From the IMG/VR virus record IMGVR_UViG_3300031453_000005, positions 1-42,479 of that record: DNA of 42,479 nt; one strand, written 5' to 3'. Each line of letters starts with the position of its first letter. Position 1 is the stretch's first letter. The notes beneath the pieces were generated by a model, which saw nothing but the letters and a program-made list of their open reading frames with translations, was not told the DNA's origin and did no database searches. Origin of the DNA: a virus. Lineage: Duplodnaviria; Caudoviricetes. This document shows, in pieces, positions 9,418 through 17,140 of this stretch. Position numbers and translations under genes: made by a program.

Positions 9418-9575
9418 GGCGCACCTCCGCTCGCCGGCAAGCACCGCCCCTCGGCCTCCAATTGCGGCGGCTCACCCTCGTCGATGCAGGTCCAGTAGCA
9501 TTCGCGATTGCCGCGGCACCAGTCGGGATCGGGGCAGCCGGGCGGGTGGCGGCGATGGTCGGCGGGGATGATCAT
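9414..9575 (-). CDS. Small Cys-rich protein (53 aa, not in the ORF track)
   Basis: MIIPADHRRHPPGCPDPDWCRGNRECYWTC...; ATGA overlaps at both ends fill the gap exactly. Confidence 0.6.
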   Translation of the reverse strand: MIIPADHRRHPPGCPDPDWCRGNRECYWTCIDEGEPPQLEAEGRCLPASGGAP

Positions 9576-10522
9576 GCCGACACGTCATCATTCGCGGTGG
9601 GGGCGCCCCGGTCCATCGTTTCAGCAATCCGATCTAGCGTGGCCTGGCGGACGATCTCGACTTCGGCCTCAAGCTCTGGTCGATCCGAGCGCAGCTTGTC
9701 CCATTCGGCTAAGATGCCGGTGTGCGTCATGACTGCGTTGTAGCTTTCCTGGTCGGTAGCTTGGGCAAGACGTGCCTTAATACGCTCGGCAACCTTCGCC
9801 ATGCGATCGGGCTTTGGTGCATCGAAGTCGGGGATGTCGTCTCCGTGCATCGTAGTCTCTAATGTAGGCCGCACCTGTTGTAGCTTTTGAGCGGGAGTAT
9901 GAGCACCATCAATGGTCATTCCCTCAAACGTCCTGCCCTCCATTTCCTCGGCCGTGTTGGTGTTCCCGGTTTCATCGGGAAACGCCATCCGGAGCGCCTG
10001 GCTTTCACTGCACTTGGCGAGCTGCGCAAATGGACGCTTGCGCCACATATCGTTGACGCCCTTCTTTTCCTTTCCGGATGCATAGTTTTCAAGCCAGAAT
10101 TCGCAGGCCGTGAAGGGGCGAGCCGCACCATGGACTAGACGCATCACGGTGACTTTGCACCATTCTGGCGCAGCGACTTTGATGCCGTCGATATCAAATG
10201 TTTTCGTTGGGCCAAACTCTGGCTCTGTCTTGCCGGCATAGTTACCGGTGCTTGCCGCGTCTGATCGGTAAGTGCCGATGCCTGGCATGAGGACATCGCG
10301 CATTCCACCTTGCCCAGTCGTTGCATCCTTGACCCACATGGGGACGATATGAATCGGCTTCTTCATAGGGTCGCGGCCGGTTGCACGGCACCAAGCGAGC
10401 ACCAGGGCTACACTTTCAGGTTTAGCGCCTGGATAAAGGCTGTTCCGAAGAACCTCAATCACTCGATCTTCCGTAACAGCGACGGATGTTCCGGGCTGTG
10501 ACGTATTGCTGATAGCATTCAT
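9572..10522 (-). CDS. bet: Phage single-strand annealing protein Bet (Red-beta/RecT family)
   Basis: LRNSLYPGA..CRATGRDP..KPIHIVP, GIGTYR, MWRKRPFAQLAKCSESQALRMAFP. Confidence 0.93.
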   Translation of the reverse strand: MNAISNTSQPGTSVAVTEDRVIEVLRNSLYPGAKPESVALVLAWCRATGRDPMKKPIHIVPMWVKDATTGQGGMRDVLMPGIGTYRSDAASTGNYAGKTEPEFGPTKTFDIDGIKVAAPEWCKVTVMRLVHGAARPFTACEFWLENYASGKEKKGVNDMWRKRPFAQLAKCSESQALRMAFPDETGNTNTAEEMEGRTFEGMTIDGAHTPAQKLQQVRPTLETTMHGDDIPDFDAPKPDRMAKVAERIKARLAQATDQESYNAVMTHTGILAEWDKLRSDRPELEAEVEIVRQATLDRIAETMDRGAPTANDDVSA

Positions 10523-11007
10523 GCCGCTTCCCTTTTCCTGATCTGGATGGTTTGCTCGCCACCGTTGGACAGCACGGCGCCCGGCACGCTCACGCCAGAT
10601 CGCAGCCGTTTGGCAATCTCGACGAGATCAGGTTTGGGCTCTGGCGTTGAGAATAGCTCGGCCGGGATGGCGTTCCGGTCCTCAATGATTGCACCCCGTA
10701 TTGCAGCCCGCAGAGAGATGCTGTGATAGCCGTCTGGCGTTAGGATGCTCTGTGCACCCGTGTCTGCCATGCTGCGAGCCAGATGCAGGCGGAGATCGGC
10801 TTCGGCGCGCTTAGCCACGCCGTGCAGCGCCTCGCACGCAAGGATCGCATCGGCGACGTAACCCATGACGTCGACCAAGTCGGTTACATTGTTCATCTCA
10901 TACCGAGCATCGCGAGCCTCAGTCACTGGTTTCGAGAGTTGAGAGAGGGCGCGCTCCGCCGCAGCCTGCAGCACGCTGGACGCTTCGGTTGCGCCACTCA
11001 TCGCCAA
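10519..11007 (-). CDS. Siphovirus Gp157-family protein
   Basis: IIEDRNAIPAELF..PEPKPDLVEIAKRLRSGVSVPGAVL; adjacent to the annealing protein. Confidence 0.75.
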   Translation of the reverse strand: MAMSGATEASSVLQAAAERALSQLSKPVTEARDARYEMNNVTDLVDVMGYVADAILACEALHGVAKRAEADLRLHLARSMADTGAQSILTPDGYHSISLRAAIRGAIIEDRNAIPAELFSTPEPKPDLVEIAKRLRSGVSVPGAVLSNGGEQTIQIRKREAA

Positions 11008-11267
11008 GTCTCCCGCGCCAGCATCGGCAACCGCCGCACGATCTCGATCGAGACGACAGGCGCCCGCTCGGGGTCGAGCGCATCCTTCCAGCGCATCATC
11101 GCCATCGGCAAGCCCCGTAGCTCGCAGCGCTGCTCCGGAGTGAGGCCGGTTAGGCTGTCGATGCAGGCGGCGAGCTGGCGCGCAGCGGTGTCCAGCTCGT
11201 TTGCGACGGCGATCACTTTCTCCGGATGAGCCTTCAAGCCACTAGCTTTATTCAAAGTAAGCTCCAT
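10998..11267 (-). CDS. Hypothetical phage protein
   Basis: Operon-packed ORF. Confidence 0.5.
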   Translation of the reverse strand: MELTLNKASGLKAHPEKVIAVANELDTAARQLAACIDSLTGLTPEQRCELRGLPMAMMRWKDALDPERAPVVSIEIVRRLPMLARETWR

Positions 11268-11700
11268 TCATCACCCGCTCGCAGTCGAACATGAAGTCCC
11301 GGCAGAACTCGTTGCGCGCCATTTCGATCGCGTCTTCCAGCCAGCCGGACATGTAGCGATCTGGGTCATTGCCGCCGCGCCCACTATGGTAGTCACGCGG
11401 GTCGGCTTTCTCGGTCTTGTCCGTCTCGATGCGCTGCATGTTCCAGTCCAGCACAGCAACGAAGCCGTCGTCTCCCACGCCGCCCAGCAGAGTGCCGAGC
11501 TGTTCCAGCCGCTCCTGTGCCGCCTCGTCCTCGCCGCTCGGGTCTGCCGCCTGCTGCTTATCCAGTTTGGCGCAGAGCGCGGCGGCGGCGGTCTGCGGGC
11601 AGATGCGCTGCTTGACGGCGGCAACGACGCGGTCGCCGATCGTGGCAGGGGGATTGCGGAGGGCCTGCTTGAACAACGTCTGGACGATCAAAGCGCGCAC
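11248..11700 (-). CDS. Hypothetical phage protein
   Basis: Operon-packed ORF. Confidence 0.6.
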   Translation of the reverse strand: MRALIVQTLFKQALRNPPATIGDRVVAAVKQRICPQTAAAALCAKLDKQQAADPSGEDEAAQERLEQLGTLLGGVGDDGFVAVLDWNMQRIETDKTEKADPRDYHSGRGGNDPDRYMSGWLEDAIEMARNEFCRDFMFDCERVMNGAYFE

Positions 11701-11996
11701 TCCTCGACGGCGCGGCGCGCGGTGAGCAGCGAACGCGCCAAGTCTGCGGTGACGAAGCCGGCGGCATGTGTACCTGCAGCGATACCCTCAAGCACCGCAT
11801 CCGGCAGGTGCTCGAACTGGATCAGGACGCCGCTGAGCACCTGCATCAGCGTCGGTTGCGGCTCAGCGTCGAACAACAGCCCGTGCGGGCGGCGCGTGCG
11901 GCCGAAGTCGCGCATGCCCTCCTCGACACGGCCTGGCATGTCCAGCGGCACGCCTTCGCGGCGCACGCGGAATACTTCGGCGGGATCGTAGCTCAT
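11688..11996 (-). CDS. Hypothetical phage protein
   Basis: ATGA-coupled to the upstream gene. Confidence 0.6.
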   Translation of the reverse strand: MSYDPAEVFRVRREGVPLDMPGRVEEGMRDFGRTRRPHGLLFDAEPQPTLMQVLSGVLIQFEHLPDAVLEGIAAGTHAAGFVTADLARSLLTARRAVEECAL

Positions 11997-12220
11997 GCGG
12001 ACACCTGCAAGCCGGCCGGCGCCGGTATCTCAGTGCCGAAGTGCTCGCCAGCAAGCCTGGCCAGCGTCATAACGCGGACGCTGATGCTACCGCGAGCGGT
12101 ATCTTGGCCGGACGTGAGCGCCAGCTTCGTCGCCTCCGCGACCAGGCTCCTTACAAGCAGCGCCTCAAGGCTGGGCGCCGCATCTGGCTGGTGCGCGATG
12201 GTGATGTTCTGCGGGCTCAT
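11993..12220 (-). CDS. Hypothetical phage protein
   Basis: ATGA-coupled at both ends. Confidence 0.6.
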   Translation of the reverse strand: MSPQNITIAHQPDAAPSLEALLVRSLVAEATKLALTSGQDTARGSISVRVMTLARLAGEHFGTEIPAPAGLQVSA

Positions 12221-12948
12221 GCCGAAACTCCTGCATCGGCGCGCAACGATGCGAGCGTGGTTTCATTGTCCGCATAAAAATTTGGGACAGGCTGGCCTGG
12301 ACGAGAGACCAGATAGATGAGCGTGCCGGCCGCCTCTGACCCGACTTTGCGCTCAAGCTCCTTTCCGGCCTCGCCAGCCGTCACCACCGCCCATCCGGCC
12401 CTACAATGAGACGTGCCGCAGGGGTGGTGCCAGGAAGACATATCCAGTCCGCCACCAGCCTCGATGGCAGCGAGAATTGCGGCGTCAAGGTTGGGAACGA
12501 TAGGAATATCGCTCAGGGAGGCATCGCTCAGGACGGCACCGCTCAGGTCGGCACCGCGCAGGTCGGCACTGCTCAGGTCGGCACCGCTTAAGACGGCACT
12601 GCTCAGGGCGGCACCGCGCAGGGAGGCGTCTCTCAGGTCGGCGTCGCTCAGGTCGGCGTAGCGCAGGTCGGCACCGCGCAGGGAGGCGTCGCTCAGGTCG
12701 GCGTAGCGCAGGTCGGCATCGCGCAGGGAGGCGTCTCTCAGGTCGGCGTCGCTCAGGTCGGCGTAGCGCAGGTCGGCACCGCGCAGGGAGGCGTCGCTTA
12801 AGACGGCACCGCTGTCAAATGTCCAATTCACTGCTGCGCCAATTTTCAAGCGCCAGTCTAGCCAAGTTGGAATTTCAGATATGAACTGCACCTCCCCCGT
12901 CCAACGGTTATTGACGGGGTAGCTCTCGGTCTGCGGCGCCTCGGCCAT
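12217..12948 (-). CDS. Pentapeptide-repeat protein, first gene of the leftward operon
   Basis: About 19 A(D/S/V)L(R/S)x repeats; C-terminal WHHPCGTSHCRAGW; GGAGG RBS. Confidence 0.9.
   Translation of the reverse strand: MAEAPQTESYPVNNRWTGEVQFISEIPTWLDWRLKIGAAVNWTFDSGAVLSDASLRGADLRYADLSDADLRDASLRDADLRYADLSDASLRGADLRYADLSDADLRDASLRGAALSSAVLSGADLSSADLRGADLSGAVLSDASLSDIPIVPNLDAAILAAIEAGGGLDMSSWHHPCGTSHCRAGWAVVTAGEAGKELERKVGSEAAGTLIYLVSRPGQPVPNFYADNETTLASLRADAGVSA
12523..12815 (-). repeat. 15-bp-period tandem repeat encoding the pentapeptides
   Basis: Recurrent units such as gcgcaggtcggc and gctcaggtcggc. Confidence 0.9.
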
Positions 12949-12986
12949 CTCGGTCCTCCAGGGCGCCGGGGTGGCGCTGATGGAGC

Positions 12987-13030
12987 ACACTAAGCAATGC
13001 CTAGCACTCCTGTCAATAGGCATTGCCTAG
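12987..13030 (-). promoter_or_regulatory. PL-like promoter with two repressor operators
   Basis: Minus strand TTGACA-N18-TAGTGT; operators CTAAGCAATGCCTAG (12990-13004) and ATAGGCATTGCCTAG (13016-13030). Confidence 0.8.
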
Positions 13031-13065
13031 CAGACGATCGGGATTGTTCGAGCTACCTTGCGTTC

Positions 13066-13368
13066 ATGGATGATCCGCCGGAGAGCGACGCGGCCAATGG
13101 GCTTAACTCGGTTCAGAATGACCTTGCTGCTGCTGCTGAGTTTTTCCAGAAAGCCAAGGCTGCGGCTGCCTGTCCCATTTGCAATAATCCGACTTGGGAA
13201 ATGCTGTATGCGGGCGAAGACCTTGATCTACGGCCAGCCCTGTCGATGCTAGCTGTGAGCTCTTCGCAAAAGCACCTAGTGCCGCCGCAAATGCCGTTAG
13301 TCGGGCTCGTCTGCACGAACTGCGCTTACGTCCGGCTTCACATCAGGCAGAAGGTGCTTGGTCAGTGA
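13066..13368 (+). CDS. Zn-ribbon protein (moron gene 1)
   Basis: CPIC...CTNC pairs; lower GC. Confidence 0.75.
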   Translation: MDDPPESDAANGLNSVQNDLAAAAEFFQKAKAAAACPICNNPTWEMLYAGEDLDLRPALSMLAVSSSQKHLVPPQMPLVGLVCTNCAYVRLHIRQKVLGQ

Positions 13369-13721
13369 GCAGCAGCGGCCAATATCATCGACCGGTTCCA
13401 CCACTGACCACGGTGGCAGGGTCGGATTTTGTTGCCGGAAGTGGACCGCCACCCCATGATCCGGGAATGGAAGCGCGCGTCACAGCGATTGAGAGCCGTC
13501 TAGACCGCATCGAGGTCAAGATCGATAAATTTGACGAGCGACTGCGATCCGTCGAAACCGGCATATCTGCCCTGGATGCAAAGATGACGCTGCTAGCTGA
13601 GAAGATTGTCAGCAAGCTTCCAAGTTGGTGGCAGATGCCGACCGCAGCAGTGGGGACGATTGCCGCTCTTGGGGCTTTGGTAGCGCTCGCTCAGCGGTTG
13701 CATATATTCGGAGCACAATAG
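13365..13721 (+). CDS. Coiled-coil protein with a C-terminal TM helix (moron gene 2; alternative start 13467)
   Basis: MEARVTAIESRLDRIEVKIDK heptads then hydrophobic helix; GTGA overlap with the previous gene. Confidence 0.75.
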   Translation: MSSSGQYHRPVPPLTTVAGSDFVAGSGPPPHDPGMEARVTAIESRLDRIEVKIDKFDERLRSVETGISALDAKMTLLAEKIVSKLPSWWQMPTAAVGTIAALGALVALAQRLHIFGAQ

Positions 13722-13754
13722 CGAAAGCCAGAAGTTTTCCCTAATCTCGATATG

Positions 13755-13806
13755 TAGACAGGCATTCCGTCCTAAGGCATGTTCTTGAGACGTTCACGTC
13801 TGGAGG
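13755..13806 (+). promoter_or_regulatory. Putative SOS promoter with an alphaproteobacterial LexA box, plus RBS
   Basis: TAGACA-N17-CATGTT; GTTCTTGAGACGTTC (13781-13795) = GTTC-N7-GTTC; GGAGG at 13802. Confidence 0.7.
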
Positions 13807-13813
13807 CAGCGTC

Positions 13814-14056
13814 TTGGGCCAACTATGCAGATTTCCGGCGAGCAGCGGCCAACGTCTCTGCCGTGGTGAGCAATGCGTTCCGCTCGTCAAGAGACAACAA
13901 AGTCCAAGCGCGGCGGATCAAGAGAAGCTGCTGCTCGACCGATTGCTGAACCTCGTAGACACCCTTGAAGCCAGAGCGCGGGACGACGGAGCCAAACGGT
14001 CGGCTCAGGTCTTCTCCGCAGAGTTCGTCAAGAGTCACGTCGTAGAGAGCAGATAA
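13814..14056 (+). CDS. Candidate SOS-induced antirepressor, antisense-overlapping cI
   Basis: TTG start 7 nt after GGAGG, downstream of the LexA box; function inferred. Confidence 0.45.
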   Translation: MGQLCRFPASSGQRLCRGEQCVPLVKRQQSPSAADQEKLLLDRLLNLVDTLEARARDDGAKRSAQVFSAEFVKSHVVESR

Positions 14057-14212
14057 CTCAAGCAGCTTGTCGATTGCAGGCTTACTACGCCCCAACTCCC
14101 ACTGAGCTACGGAAGCCGGGGCGATGTTGAAGTGCTTCGCGACTGCGGCTTGCGACAGTCTAGGCTGCGTCGCATTCCGTAGTCGTCGCAACCGATCGGG
14201 CCAGGCTTCCAT
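13823..14212 (-). CDS. cI: CI-like XRE repressor without an S24 peptidase domain
   Basis: RLRRLR..LSQAAVAKHFNIAPASVAQWELGRSKP HTH; divergent from cro; 129 aa. Confidence 0.9.
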   Translation of the reverse strand: MEAWPDRLRRLRNATQPRLSQAAVAKHFNIAPASVAQWELGRSKPAIDKLLELSALYDVTLDELCGEDLSRPFGSVVPRSGFKGVYEVQQSVEQQLLLIRRAWTLLSLDERNALLTTAETLAAARRKSA

Positions 14213-14215
14213 CCA

Positions 14216-14291
14216 ATAAGCATCGCCTACCGCGAACGGTAGCGCGCCTAGTGTTTGCCTATTGACGCGCACGCTAAGCAACGCCTAGTGT
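14216..14291 (+). promoter_or_regulatory. OR region: three operators and the PR promoter
   Basis: ATAAGCATCGCCTAC, CTAGTGTTTGCCTAT, CTAAGCAACGCCTAG; TTGACG-N18-TAGTGT. Confidence 0.8.
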
Positions 14292-14297
14292 CGCATC

Positions 14298-14516
14298 ATG
14301 CGAACTGTAGACCCTGTAATCGAGATTGCCATCAGAGCTGCCGGCAGTCCGACGGCTCTGGCTCGCATTGCGGGCGTGAAACTTCCTTCGATCTATTCTT
14401 GGTCACGCATCCCCGCTGAACGGGTGATCGCAGTTGAGGCCGCGACGGGCGTCCCGCGGCATGTTCTGAGGCCAGACGTCTTTCCGGCGCCAGTTCCGGA
14501 CACCCAGGCAGCATGA
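14298..14516 (+). CDS. cro: Cro/YdaS-like regulator
   Basis: AIRAAGSPTALARIAGV..SIYSW.RIPAERVIAVEAATGVPRHVLRPDVF. Confidence 0.92.
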   Translation: MRTVDPVIEIAIRAAGSPTALARIAGVKLPSIYSWSRIPAERVIAVEAATGVPRHVLRPDVFPAPVPDTQAA

Positions 14517-14884
14517 CCGCTGACCCGCGCCCACTCGACACCATGCTCTCCCCCGGTGAGCACCGCCGCCGCTGGGCGATCGAGCAGCTCATACACATGC
14601 GATTGCGGTGGAAAGACGGCGCACAGCTTTGCAATGCCGCCGGCGACCTTGCCGATTTCGTTGGCGGACATCTGCCTCCCGACGTCATCTCCAAGCCATC
14701 AGGCCCGACACCGGCCGCGCCGCTGGAACTGCAAGTGCAGATCCAAATGCTGGTTGCCGATGTCGAGCTGCTGAGGGGGTGGGTTAGGTCGCTTTCTGTG
14801 GGCCGCGAAGGTCGGTCAGAGCCGCGTGATACGCAGCCTGAACCGCATCCCGCCCGTCCCAATCCAGAGGGAGGACCGGCTTGA
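14513..14884 (+). CDS. Hypothetical phage protein
   Basis: ATGA-coupled to cro. Confidence 0.6.
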   Translation: MTADPRPLDTMLSPGEHRRRWAIEQLIHMRLRWKDGAQLCNAAGDLADFVGGHLPPDVISKPSGPTPAAPLELQVQIQMLVADVELLRGWVRSLSVGREGRSEPRDTQPEPHPARPNPEGGPA

Positions 14885-15115
14885 TCTCTACCCCAAGATC
14901 CAACGGTATCTTTGTCATTTCGTCGAACGCTAAGGCTTTCGTCGCAAGCAGACGGACGATTTCGCGTGTAACGCGTAATTCGTGCCGTAGGATCTCGATG
15001 CCAGCAACAAGTTGCTGCATGGTTGGTTCGGCCAAGGCTCTCTCCATCGGGTGTGTCGCAACTCCGATGGTGCGGGAGACCGGGGGAGCAGGCAACTGCG
15101 CCTCCGGTTGCTCTC

Positions 15116-15232
15116 ATGTTTAGCGAAAAACCTCGAGCCGTTGCGAGCCGAGCCGTACGGGGCATCGTCAACGGCGTGCTGTTCGCGGTGCCGCTTTGGG
15201 CGGCAATCATCGGTGCCTTGCTGTGGCTGTGA
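15116..15232 (+). CDS. Small membrane peptide (38 aa)
   Basis: RGIVNGVLFAVPLWAAIIGALLWL; GTGA-coupled to the next gene. Confidence 0.5.
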   Translation: MFSEKPRAVASRAVRGIVNGVLFAVPLWAAIIGALLWL

Positions 15233-15762
15233 ACCGCCCCCGGTTCCGCCCAACCGCCGAGATGGATGCGGAAATGCGCCAGATGCGCGCGGACAGGGTC
15301 TCCGCGCTGGCGATTTGCGACCGGTTCGCGATCGTCGGCAACACCTATTATCGCTGGGTCGATCGGCTTGGATTGCCGAAGCGGCAGATGGTCAACAATC
15401 GGATTCATCAGCCGGCGTCCGTGCGACAGCTCGCGCCCGTGCGCCCGCCGCCGTCCGCCCCGATCCCCTGGGACGTCGAACTTGCCATCAAGATGCAGCA
15501 TCGCGGAACCCCTAACAGGGCCATTGCGCGCTGTTTCGGTATCGACCAGAAGTCCTGCCAATTGAGGCTGGACCGCGCGCTCGCGTCCAGCGTCGGCCAA
15601 GCCAAGCAGGCGCCGATCACTCGCCCATGTCTCGCGTGCGACAGGCCCTTCGACAGCATGTGGATCGGAAACCGCGTCTGCTCCGACTGCAAGAAGAGGG
15701 ACGATCGGCAATATAGTAGTGCCGATCACGGCGTTGCTTCGGGCATTCGGGTGTCGGCGTGA
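15229..15762 (+). CDS. HTH plus Zn-finger protein, putative regulator
   Basis: Two HTH-like segments; RPCLACDRPFDS.WIGNRVCSDCK. Confidence 0.7.
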   Translation: MNRPRFRPTAEMDAEMRQMRADRVSALAICDRFAIVGNTYYRWVDRLGLPKRQMVNNRIHQPASVRQLAPVRPPPSAPIPWDVELAIKMQHRGTPNRAIARCFGIDQKSCQLRLDRALASSVGQAKQAPITRPCLACDRPFDSMWIGNRVCSDCKKRDDRQYSSADHGVASGIRVSA

Positions 15763-15912
15763 TCGCGGCAGAGCCGGATGGAGAAGCGCGTCAACGCTTC
15801 CCCGTCTTTTGGATTGCCCGCTCTGTCGCTCCCGCTTTCCATCAATCCGCCTGCTCAACGGGTCGGATGATGGAGGCATTACGCCTCCCGCGTCTACAAA
15901 TTGGGATACGGC

Positions 15913-16030
15913 TATGTCCGTAGGCTTTTCGAATATCGCAGACGCGGCGCGTGCATATGATCATGCCGCTCTAGCAGCTTACGGTTCTTTTGCCCGACTG
16001 AACTTTCCAGTTGAGAACGACTCCAAATGA
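15913..16030 (+). pseudogene. AP2 DNA-binding domain fragment
   Basis: GFSNIADAARAYDHAALAAYGSFARLNFP is the AP2 C-terminal signature; no coherent N-terminal part. Confidence 0.6.
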
Positions 16031-16371
16031 CCAAGCCTCAAATAGCTTGTCCGTCAATGGCTGAGATTCTGAAGTCTGTATGGCCTCAAGGAACGGCAAA
16101 ACATGCAGCCGTAGCTACCAGTCGTTCGCACCGAACGATTCAGGACTGGCTGCAAAAACGCTGCACACCGTCCGCCGACACGCTGCTGAAAATGGCAGCA
16201 GAAAACCAAGAATTGCGCGCGGAACTGATCCGGCGTCTGGAGGCATTCGGGTATGATCCATTACTGGAAGCGAGTGCTGGCGCTGATCTTGCGCCGATGC
16301 GGCGTGAAGATGGCGACGCTGGCGGATCGGATCGACCCGCCGGTGCGCCTGACGCCCTGGGGACTCGGTGA
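16027..16371 (+). CDS. CII-like HTH protein
   Basis: TAKHAAVATSRSHRTIQDWLQKRCTPSADTLL. Confidence 0.6.
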   Translation: MTKPQIACPSMAEILKSVWPQGTAKHAAVATSRSHRTIQDWLQKRCTPSADTLLKMAAENQELRAELIRRLEAFGYDPLLEASAGADLAPMRREDGDAGGSDRPAGAPDALGTR

Positions 16372-16536
16372 ATGGTAGCCGCTATTCTCATCGCCGCCAC
16401 CGTCGTCAGCGCGCCACCGCCCGCGGTCGATCGCGAGCGCAACCTGGCCGAGATGATGCGTCGGACGCCGGCACAAGAGCGCTGGTATCGTGACCAGTAT
16501 CGCGACGGGCCCAAACTGCGCGGCGAAGCGCGGTGA
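16372..16536 (+). CDS. Small hypothetical protein
   Basis: Starts right after the previous stop; hydrophobic N-terminus. Confidence 0.35.
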   Translation: MVAAILIAATVVSAPPPAVDRERNLAEMMRRTPAQERWYRDQYRDGPKLRGEAR

Positions 16537-16624
16537 ACCAACCGTTCTGCTCCGTTTGCGCCCGGCCGGTCTTGGCCTCGCTCCGCTGCGCCTGCGGGGC
16601 TGCGGGACAACAACAGGAGGTCTC

Positions 16625-17140
16625 ATGACCCTGCAAGATGAAACAAACACCGGAAGCCAAGAAGCGGAAGCTTCTGCTGAAATCCAGGGTGCGGCGGCAA
16701 CGCCGGCTGCGAAGGCTGATCGCATCAAGGTCAGCTACGACGTCGGCGCCGGAGCGGTGACGGTCCAGGAGGGAGACAGCGTCCGCACGCACTCGCTCGA
16801 CGGCATCCCAGAGCCCGTCCGGACCCATCTAGCGCTGATGGGCCTGCACGTCGTCACCCATCGCTCGATCGACGCCGCAGAGACCGTGCGACGCATGCAG
16901 GCCGGACAAATCCCGGGCCGGGCATCGGCGCAACCGAAGGCCGAGCTGTCCGACTGGCGCTTGGCCTACGCTCACGCCAAGGTCGAGCAGACCAAGAAGA
17001 GCGACGCACCGCTCAATCTCGATGACGCCAAGGCAGTGGCCAAGGCGCTCACGCGCGAGCAGCTCAGTGCCATCAAGAAGAATCCGCTCGTGGTCAAGCA
17101 CTTCGCCAAGCTGACCGGCGTTGCGCAGGATCTGATCTGA
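16625..17140 (+). CDS. Hypothetical phage protein
   Basis: AGGAGG RBS; GC3-rich codons. Confidence 0.75.
   Translation: MTLQDETNTGSQEAEASAEIQGAAATPAAKADRIKVSYDVGAGAVTVQEGDSVRTHSLDGIPEPVRTHLALMGLHVVTHRSIDAAETVRRMQAGQIPGRASAQPKAELSDWRLAYAHAKVEQTKKSDAPLNLDDAKAVAKALTREQLSAIKKNPLVVKHFAKLTGVAQDLI

Noticed and set aside
14332-15879. 515-aa minus-strand ORF
   Set aside because: Shadow of coupled plus-strand genes; no recognisable motifs
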